This document shows, one piece after another, positions 27,340 through 34,747 of a stretch of DNA of 64,000 nt; within the stretch, counting starts at the first letter, position 1; each line of letters starts with the position of its first letter. Made by a program: the position numbers and the translations under genes. The DNA is from Bacteroidales bacterium (GTDB lineage: Bacteria; Bacteroidota; Bacteroidia; Bacteroidales; VadinHA17), in assembly GCA_963662685.1 (NCBI GenBank), contig OY759745.1:17752-81751 (forward strand). Reading direction: 5' to 3'. The notes beneath the pieces were generated by a model. The model made no database searches. It saw nothing but the letters and a program-made list of their open reading frames with translations, and had not been told where the DNA came from.

Positions 27340-29304
27340 CTAAAAGAGATCTACCGATATCTGTTGGGCGAAAATCGTGAATGTCTCATTGTTTCCTACC
27401 TTCGCCCTTGTTAATGTGACCAGCATGTCATAATCCCTGCCGTCTTCACTGACCCAGCTTACCTCAGTCCTTACACCCAACTCCCTTTGTTCTCCGTTTA
27501 TTCCCGAATATGCGGTATATGAACCGTTCTTCTGTTCGAGTTTAAGCGGAATGATATCCTCTATCATTCTGCCCATGATGGTACTGCGCTGAATGCCCCA
27601 GGTCTCTTCGGCAGTTTTATTGAAATATTCTATCTTGCCTGTATGGTCAAAGCTTATCACACTATCAACACACCCCTCAAGAATAGCGATATTTTTTGCC
27701 TTTTCCGTCTCTATATCAATGATCTTTTTCTTAAGTCCGGTACTCGCCTCTTCTAATTTTTCGCTCAGGTTCTGTTTAATATCTTCAAGCTCACGAGTAT
27801 ATACCTGAAGTTTATCTCCCTGCATCCTGAGTTCCTCTGCCTGTCTCTTCGTCTCCAGTTCAACGTTCTTTTTCTCAGTAATATCAGTAGCCAGGGCAAT
27901 CACCTTATATGGTATACCATCCTTATTCAACGCTGGTGTATAAGACGCATTCAGCCATATCTCACGACCGGTTCTGGTCACTCTCTTGAAATCGCCACTT
28001 TGAAGCTTTCCAGTGACCAACTGTTTCCAGAATTCGTTATAAAATTCTATTGGTTCATTGGATTTGTCCGCGAATATCCTGTCTGTCTGGTTTACTATCT
28101 CTTCAATGGAATACCCCATCATGTCAAGAAACTTATTGTTGGCGTCAATTATCCTTCCCGACATATCGAATTCAACAGTAGCGATGGTATTGTTTATGGC
28201 AGTGAAAATACCGATTCTCTCAACTTCCCGCTGCTGCATCTCCTCCTGTGTAGCGTTCATCTCCTCCATGCTCTGACGCAACTCTTCCTCCTGTGTACGT
28301 AGCTCCTCGGTCAGCTTTTGGGAGTCCTGAAGCAACTTCTTTGTTTGCTTGTTGATGTTAGTCCGTGAGATGGTTGACGCGACAATCTCCGCCAGTCTCT
28401 CTACGAACTCTATTTCGAATGGTTCAAATTGTCTGAAAGAGGCAAACTCCATAACCCCAAAAAGCTCCTCGTTAAATAGTAACGGAACTATCAAAATGCT
28501 TGTAGGATTGGCATCTCCGAGCCCTGAAGTAATTTTTATAAAGCTATCAGGAACATCGATAAGATAGATCGTACCCTTCTCTATAGCAGCCTGTCCTATC
28601 AACCCTTCACCAATCTTAATTTTTTTGGAGATATATTTTTTTCTGTTCCATGCATAAACAGAAACCATCTCAAGAAAGGGGTCGTCCTTATTATCGTTAT
28701 TAAAAAGATACATTGCCCCCTGATTTACGGCAAGGTATTTGATCAGATCCGACAGAAACCTATCAAACAAGACTTTAAGATCGTCAACATTATCCCTCAA
28801 TATGGCTCCAAACCTGGCAATACCTTCTGTTGACCATTGTGCCCGGGCATCTTCTGTCACAAGCTTGTGGAGTTTATCCCTCATACCCTTAATTGAGTAT
28901 CCCAACTTATCATCTTCACTCAATACAACATATTCTATATTGAAATTTCCGTCGCCAATCTTTTCCAGAAAATCGGCCTGTTCAAACTGATTCTTAACGA
29001 TCAAGTTGATATATTGAGAGATATTGCCAAACTCATCCTTGCTTTCAAGTTTTATCTTGGCGTCAAGATCGCCTACCGAGATCATCCGCAACACTCTCTC
29101 TATCTCCTTGACAGGAATATAAATGTATCTGTGTATAATTCTGTATACAAGGTACAATGCGATCATCCATATTGCCAGCACTATTATTAAAGACGAAACC
29201 TGTCCGTAAATTGCCGGCAGGGAGATATTTCTAAGAACGAACACAACACCACTGATAATAATAACCAGTAATAATGCCAATATTAGATTGATCTTCGATC
29301 GCAT
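27340..29304 (-). CDS. Membrane sensor: 2 TM, HAMP, GAF, coiled coil, PAS, PAS, with no recognisable output domain
   Basis: HAMP: PVKEIERVLRMISVGDLDAKI. GAF: GQAAIEKGTIYLIDVPDSFIKITSGLGDANPTSILIVPLL...VMEFASFRQF. Two PAS-like segments follow. The protein ends right after the second PAS (...QQISVDLF). Confidence 0.8.
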   Translation of the reverse strand: MRSKINLILALLLVIIISGVVFVLRNISLPAIYGQVSSLIIVLAIWMIALYLVYRIIHRYIYIPVKEIERVLRMISVGDLDAKIKLESKDEFGNISQYINLIVKNQFEQADFLEKIGDGNFNIEYVVLSEDDKLGYSIKGMRDKLHKLVTEDARAQWSTEGIARFGAILRDNVDDLKVLFDRFLSDLIKYLAVNQGAMYLFNNDNKDDPFLEMVSVYAWNRKKYISKKIKIGEGLIGQAAIEKGTIYLIDVPDSFIKITSGLGDANPTSILIVPLLFNEELFGVMEFASFRQFEPFEIEFVERLAEIVASTISRTNINKQTKKLLQDSQKLTEELRTQEEELRQSMEEMNATQEEMQQREVERIGIFTAINNTIATVEFDMSGRIIDANNKFLDMMGYSIEEIVNQTDRIFADKSNEPIEFYNEFWKQLVTGKLQSGDFKRVTRTGREIWLNASYTPALNKDGIPYKVIALATDITEKKNVELETKRQAEELRMQGDKLQVYTRELEDIKQNLSEKLEEASTGLKKKIIDIETEKAKNIAILEGCVDSVISFDHTGKIEYFNKTAEETWGIQRSTIMGRMIEDIIPLKLEQKNGSYTAYSGINGEQRELGVRTEVSWVSEDGRDYDMLVTLTRAKVGNNETFTIFAQQISVDLF

Positions 29305-29366
29305 TCCGGATATTGTTAACTCATTAATAAATTAACGTTGCACGCTGTTTATGAATTACCAAATAT

Positions 29367-30272
29367 TTATTGATTGTAAATGAGCCGGGAACGTATTTCC
29401 CTTACAAGATTAGCGACTTCATCAACCTGTTCGTACGAGATCATGGCCTTTGAAGTACTTTTATCTACTATCACCAGCCTGCCATCAATCTCAACAGCCT
29501 CTGGCTCCCGATATTCATATGATATTGTTATTTCAGAGTAAAGATACTTAAGGTCGTTCATATCAGCCAGAATATCTATGAAATAACTATCTTCCGAGTA
29601 AGCCGATAGCCCCAGGATAAGTTGGTCTATAATAGCTTTCTGATGACCAATCCATTGCATGATATCGTCATTATTCCGTATCATATAATTCTGAGACGCG
29701 ATGTAAAGACCCTCAAGCCACGTACCAAAAACCATCAATATACTCATGTTACTTCTTTTCTTGGAACGCAGGAAAGAATCCATGTTATTGAAATTAATGG
29801 TTGTCAGATAAATGAGAGAATCCATCTGGGAACTGTTCGATGCCATCCGTTTGATTGTCGCGAAATCAAAAAACTGGCCTATATCTATATCGTCCGCCAG
29901 TTTTTGAATAGTGCCCAGATAGTTTATCATCAAATATGTCTTTTCATAAATATTGATATATCCCATATCAGCGCTGTAAACGCCAAGTCCCAGGGCTTTG
30001 GACATATCGTTGGTATAAAGCTGAATGTTATCAATATCATTAAGAAACTCCTCCTCAAAATCAATCCCGTTGTGCTCAAGAACCATCGCAATCTCTATAG
30101 GAGATGGAATTGATTCTATTATTTCATTCATAGATTCTTCCGAAATCTCCAGATTCTCAGATTCTTCAGCGAGTAAGGAATCGATGGAGAGTTTATCATT
30201 ATTTGCTTGTCTCCCTCCACATGCTGATAACAAAATAGCTATAGCGACTAAAAAAACGATTTTTATCTTCAT
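29367..30272 (-). CDS. Hypothetical lipoprotein
   Basis: The lipobox MKIKIVFLVAIAILLSAC appears if translation starts at the ATG at 30272; the track start at 30302 adds 10 aa. I recognise no family. Confidence 0.65.
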   Translation of the reverse strand: MKIKIVFLVAIAILLSACGGRQANNDKLSIDSLLAEESENLEISEESMNEIIESIPSPIEIAMVLEHNGIDFEEEFLNDIDNIQLYTNDMSKALGLGVYSADMGYINIYEKTYLMINYLGTIQKLADDIDIGQFFDFATIKRMASNSSQMDSLIYLTTINFNNMDSFLRSKKRSNMSILMVFGTWLEGLYIASQNYMIRNNDDIMQWIGHQKAIIDQLILGLSAYSEDSYFIDILADMNDLKYLYSEITISYEYREPEAVEIDGRLVIVDKSTSKAMISYEQVDEVANLVREIRSRLIYNQ

Positions 30273-30308
30273 GAATATATAATTTGAAATTTCCGAAACC
30301 ATTTTTAT

Positions 30309-30821
30309 TTATTGTTTTATTCCAAGGATGCACATCCCACATCCTGATTTTGAATTCTTAAACTGTACCCTCATGTAATAAAGTCCTGTAGCCGAGCATA
30401 AAAACTTCAGATTCGAAAAAACCTCGCCATCTTCCCGGCAAGTAGAGGCTATAAGCCTGTCTTCCCGGTCATAAAGATTGATTATAATATTAGCACTGCT
30501 CTCCTCCTTCCCTTCACACGCTATAATTATATACTCCGCTCCTTCACTGAATACATAATAGAGTTCAGACTTATCCATTTTTCTCTTACTGGAAACAAAT
30601 GATTGAATATAGTGGTACTCCTCCAGATTGACGGAACAGCTATGTAGAAATGCCCCCGTATCACACTGCCCATATGAAGTATATGAAAAAAGAAAGGCAC
30701 ACATAAATACACAGATTGTATATAAACATCCCCGGCTTTTATCCAAATACCCTCTATTCAATGAATAACTCTCCATGTATTTAATTTTCATCTCAGATTT
30801 TTTTCGCATAAATTTTGGCAT
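30309..30821 (-). CDS. Small secreted PPC-like protein, paralog of 1316-1750 (start codon uncertain)
   Basis: Hydrophobic leader ...CVFMCAFLFSYTSYGQ. Blocks YIIIACEG...IIINLYDREDRLIAST...FLCSATGLYYMRVQF...GCGMCILGI align by eye with 1316-1750. Confidence 0.55.
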   Translation of the reverse strand: MPKFMRKKSEMKIKYMESYSLNRGYLDKSRGCLYTICVFMCAFLFSYTSYGQCDTGAFLHSCSVNLEEYHYIQSFVSSKRKMDKSELYYVFSEGAEYIIIACEGKEESSANIIINLYDREDRLIASTCREDGEVFSNLKFLCSATGLYYMRVQFKNSKSGCGMCILGIKQ

Positions 30822-30949
30822 TACAATAATGTAAGCTAATCACAAACATGTCAAAATTAGTCCCTATGTATTCTATTCATAGAGGAGAATACACTCGATT
30901 TAAAAAAACCATCACCTAATTAATTAACCGTATATATACTGGAGATTTC

Positions 30950-30965
30950 CAGGTAATAATACCTG
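30950..30965. promoter_or_regulatory. Palindrome CAGGTA-ATAA-TACCTG, candidate operator about 135 bp upstream of the first gene of the supercluster
   Basis: Read directly. A candidate -7 box (TAATTTTG on the minus strand) lies at 30852-30859. Confidence 0.4.
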
Positions 30966-31099
30966 TCATGTCCGCTACATTATGAAATAGGAGTAATACG
31001 TAACAATATAGAGTTACTAGTCACTAAAACAGAATTCCAGAAGTGGGTGACGTGAATCAAATAAAAAAAGGAAAGGCTAACCCTAGTCTGTAAAATTTA

Positions 31100-31762
31100 C
31101 TATCTAATGTCAACAAGCCTGTTTTTAACGGCATAAATTACCAGCCCCAGCGAGTCTTTAACTCCAACCTTATTTATCATTATAGATTTATAATTCTCCA
31201 GGGTACGTTGGCTTATTGACAGGTCTTTTGAGATTTCCGCATTCGTTTTTCCCAGGCAGATCATCTTTAGTATTGACTGTTCCATCATATTCATTCTTAC
31301 GAATGTTTTGTTTTGCGTGGCTACCTCTGAAACAGGGCCCTGTTTCTTGGATATTAATTTATGTATAAGTTTCGGGGAAAAGTATTGTTCGCCTTTTACC
31401 ACTGATCGAATTGCCCTGAACAGTTCTTCCTTTCCTGAATCTTTCAAGATATATCCGGAAATGCCAGATGAGACTAATCGGTCATAGTACTCTTTATCAC
31501 TTAACATAGACAGTACTATTATCTTAAGTTCTGGTTGTTTCTTCAGTGCGGCCTCAATAGCTTCAACTCCGTTCATTCCCGGCATCATAATGTCCATCAA
31601 GACAACGTTCACTTTAACTGTATCGATCATGTCGAGAAAATCATTGCCATTAGTAGCCTCACCAACAACTTCAATATCTTTTGAGTTGGAGAATACAACC
31701 ATCATAACTTCCCGAAACAACTTATGATCATCGACAATTATTACTTTAATATTATTTTCCAT
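31100..31762 (-). CDS. NarL/FixJ-family response regulator (REC + LuxR-type HTH), orphan
   Basis: REC motifs: VIIVDDHKLFRE, VLMDIMMPGMNG, ILKD. C-terminal HTH: EISKDLSISQRTLENYKSIMINKVG. The ATG at 31762 (MENNIKV...) is preferred. Confidence 0.85.
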   Translation of the reverse strand: MENNIKVIIVDDHKLFREVMMVVFSNSKDIEVVGEATNGNDFLDMIDTVKVNVVLMDIMMPGMNGVEAIEAALKKQPELKIIVLSMLSDKEYYDRLVSSGISGYILKDSGKEELFRAIRSVVKGEQYFSPKLIHKLISKKQGPVSEVATQNKTFVRMNMMEQSILKMICLGKTNAEISKDLSISQRTLENYKSIMINKVGVKDSLGLVIYAVKNRLVDIR

Positions 31763-32455
31763 TTGAATATCATTCATAATATGTATAAAACCAATCACAT
31801 AACCTTAAGCATCAGTATTAACTCTTTAGTCCGGACAAAAACACGAAAACCCAAAGAATAAAATCGCTGTCATCAGATATGATCGGGCAACGATCATACC
31901 AGGAACAGACATACGCTTTACTCGCCTATCCCCCGTTCAGACTTTTCAACGGAAAAAACCAGATCGTGTTCCGAAAATTTTGTTCTTTGTTCTCATAAAA
32001 TACAAACTTTTGATAAACAACAATACTTTATAGGAGTAAAATGTTTATATCTGTTTTACGTGACAATATCAGTAGTTTCAGCGCCAATCCCAGTTTAAAA
32101 CTTAGAATATAGAGCTATAAATTAGTTGCATTAACTGTTCCATTTAGTATTGCTATCAGCAACTTAATCCAATTATTACAAGTTTTTGTTATTCAAAATT
32201 AGCATATTAGGGCTATCAACAACCACAGGATTACCCCCTTTTTTCATGCTTTTATTACTTGATTATTTTTACAATGCACCAGTAAAATCACTGATGAAGC
32301 CTCTCCTGACCCAAGAGAAAGCAAGAGACAGACATATACACTATTGTCTCCGTTCTTTCATTTCAGCCCACCTACTCCCGCAACAAATAAAGAATTCCTA
32401 ACTATAAAAATAACTAAGCACAAATTTTTTGAATGCGGTACATATAACAATTATG

Positions 32456-33127
32456 CTAGAATAGTGAAATATTTACATATTTATTCTTAATGGCGTACAT
32501 CACCAAACTGATTGAATTCTTAACACCTGTCTTGCTCAACAAATTAGACTTGTGTCCTTCTATTGTTCTTAAGCTAAGGCATAACTTATCAGATATCTCA
32601 CTATTTGATAAACCCTGGCATATAAGGTTCAATATCTCAGTCTCACGATTGGTCAGCTTGACTTTATCATTTTCCTGGTCACTCTTGTTTGTTTTTCCCT
32701 TATCCAAAGAGACAAGAATATGATGTAGTATTTTTTGTGAAAAATAATTTTCTCCCGAAACCACGGTTTCCATAGCCTCAATAAGCTCATCTTTGCCCGA
32801 ATCTTTTAACACGTAACCGGAAACACCAGCCTGAACCGCCTTATAATAATAATCCTCATCACAGAACATCGTAAGAGCGATTACCTTCAGATCCGGATTT
32901 TTCGTAAGCGCTCGTTTAGTCGCTTCAATCCCATCAATATTCGGCATAGAAATATCCATTATTACTATATCAGCATCCAACTCTTCTATCTGCTTCAGAA
33001 ACGCTTTACCATTAGATGCCTCACCTACAACTTCAAAATTTTTTAACTTAGAAATCATAAATGCCAACCCTTCCCTGAATATCTTATGATCATCCACCAA
33101 TATTATCTTAACTTTATCCTTAGTCAT
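32456..33127 (-). CDS. NarL/FixJ-family response regulator (REC + LuxR-type HTH), orphan
   Basis: REC motifs: IILVDDHKIFRE, VIMDISMPNIDG, YVLKD. HTH: EISDKLCLSLRTIEGHKSNLLSKTG. Confidence 0.9.
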   Translation of the reverse strand: MTKDKVKIILVDDHKIFREGLAFMISKLKNFEVVGEASNGKAFLKQIEELDADIVIMDISMPNIDGIEATKRALTKNPDLKVIALTMFCDEDYYYKAVQAGVSGYVLKDSGKDELIEAMETVVSGENYFSQKILHHILVSLDKGKTNKSDQENDKVKLTNRETEILNLICQGLSNSEISDKLCLSLRTIEGHKSNLLSKTGVKNSISLVMYAIKNKYVNISLF

Positions 33128-33507
33128 GTAACAAATGTATCAAATATCAAAAAATAACTATAATGAAAACTGTCTTTATCTCCTCTTTAAAATCTCCACC
33201 AGTATCTGTATTGTAATATAAACCACATGAAAATATGCCTGCTATTGGAATTTTAGTTCAATATGATAGAAACTATTCATTTCTATTAATCAGGCAAAAG
33301 CCATCAAATATATTTGTTATTTACAAAGATGTTCATTTATGAAACGACAAGTAATGCCTCGATATGGTATAAATCCATTATCATGTACACGTCACTCGGG
33401 CATAAGCCAACTCATAACAGTAAAATTTCAAACTTCATCAACACTACAATAAAACAACAACAAAGATTATACAGACACATAAAATATCACGCAATATAAA
33501 AACCAAT

Positions 33508-33759
33508 TCAATTCCTGTTAAAAATATGTCGATCGTGTTTCATCCGGTCTTTCAGAAGGTTCTCCCTGTATTCGCGCAAAAATGGAGAAGTGATCGTACT
33601 TGCCGGTTTGTACCTATTCTTTAGATAATAATCCGAGACATCCTCATATCCATAACAACCATATCTTTTGGTGGGCGTACAGGATATAATGCCCTCTATT
33701 AATATCGGCAGTGATATCAGCGCAATTGCCAGCATTTTTGAAATTGTTTTATTTCTCAT
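33508..33759 (-). CDS. Possible small lipoprotein (83 aa)
   Basis: It has a hydrophobic leader with Cys (LAIALISLPILIEGIISC). There is no homology evidence, and it is isolated in an AT-rich region. Confidence 0.3.
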   Translation of the reverse strand: MRNKTISKMLAIALISLPILIEGIISCTPTKRYGCYGYEDVSDYYLKNRYKPASTITSPFLREYRENLLKDRMKHDRHIFNRN

Positions 33760-34157
33760 AACAATAATGAATTAGTGGTTACGTTTTGTTAGTTCAGTGC
33801 GAGCGTGATAATGACGAAAATTAAAATTAGACGTTCAACCACTATTTTAATCTACGTGTGGACACGTGATTTATATACATGAAACACGTGATTTTCTTAT
33901 CGGCATTCACTTAAAAAACATAGATTTTTCGTGTATCTATCCTGGTAAAGATTACACAAACCACTGAAATTAGACAACTTACAATACAATCAGCAACTAC
34001 GATTCCAATTGACTCCATAAACCGCGGTGTTTAACAATTTTTTATCTTATTTGACGTTTACTGGGTATAAAGATCAATCCCTTCAGGCGATAAACAGATA
34101 CCACAAATGACAATTGTTCTCAGTATAAAAATATTTGAAACGATTTTATAGGTTTAT

Positions 34158-34188
34158 TTTGTAGATCCAAAATTGTAATTTATATTTG
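34158..34188 (+). promoter_or_regulatory. Bacteroidota-type promoter for tRNA-Val (-33 TTTG, -7 TATATTTG)
   Basis: TTTG lies at 34158-34161 and TATATTTG at 34181-34188, 19 nt apart. The -7 box ends 13 nt before the tRNA 5' end. Confidence 0.55.
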
Positions 34189-34200
34189 CAGCCGATTTGA

Positions 34201-34275
34201 GGGCGATTAGCTCAGTTGGTTCAGAGCATCTGCCTTACAAGCAGAGGGTCGGCGGTTCGACCCCGTCATCGCCCA
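34201..34275 (+). tRNA. tRNA-Val (anticodon TAC)
   Basis: Manual cloverleaf: acceptor GGGCGAT/ATCGCCC, D-arm GCTC/GAGC, anticodon stem TCTGC/GCAGA with loop CTTACAA, T-arm GGCGG-TTCGACC-CCGTC, discriminator A. CCA is not encoded. Confidence 0.9.
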
Positions 34276-34278
34276 CAA

Positions 34279-34316
34279 AAAGGAGGCTATCGAATACAAT
34301 GGCCTCCTTTTTTTTA
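34279..34316 (+). terminator. Rho-independent terminator after tRNA-Val
   Basis: The stem AAAGGAGGC / GCCTCCTTT carries a 14-nt loop and runs straight into a run of eleven T (34308-34318). Confidence 0.75.
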
Positions 34317-34359
34317 TCGTTGATTATTTCTATATTAGCGAGACTATTTAAGCCATCAA

Positions 34360-34746
34360 ATGAACGAACTACATAGAAAACTCAACTATAAAGGGCAGAA
34401 CAGAATAGCAATTCTTTACGCCAACGAATATTACGAAAAGAAATTTGCGGCTTTATTTGGCAATAACGTAAAAATCGACACCGATATAGATCTCAGGTTC
34501 CCGTACGACTTTATGATAGTATTTGTGGATTCATCCATTGAGATCAAGAAGTTAACACAAAAACTATTACACAACTTGGTTTATGATGGTATAATCTGGT
34601 TTTGCATTCCGGCGCATAATAAAGGTTTATCGGTAAGCAGAGGATGGAAGAGCCTTTTTGATGCAGGGATGAGCCGGAAAAATGTTGTTGATATAGACGA
34701 CGAAAAAGTAGCTATTGAATTTCTGAATCCGGGATTCAAAGGCTAG
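34360..34746 (+). CDS. Hypothetical protein (128 aa)
   Basis: ORF track only; I recognise no motif with confidence. Confidence 0.5.
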   Translation: MNELHRKLNYKGQNRIAILYANEYYEKKFAALFGNNVKIDTDIDLRFPYDFMIVFVDSSIEIKKLTQKLLHNLVYDGIIWFCIPAHNKGLSVSRGWKSLFDAGMSRKNVVDIDDEKVAIEFLNPGFKG

Positions 34747-34747
34747 G

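Noticed and set aside
32186-32401. 71-aa plus-strand ORF between the two response-regulator genes
   Set aside because: It starts at TTG, has a hydrophobic low-complexity translation and lies in an AT-rich spacer with no promoter-like context, so it is probably non-coding.
1316-34275. Supercluster as a tRNA-Val-anchored genomic island
   Set aside because: No integrase, transposase or direct repeat of the tRNA 3' end was seen. The cluster lies on the 5' side of the tRNA, not at its 3' end. I saw no obvious compositional break by eye. This cannot be excluded without comparative genomics.
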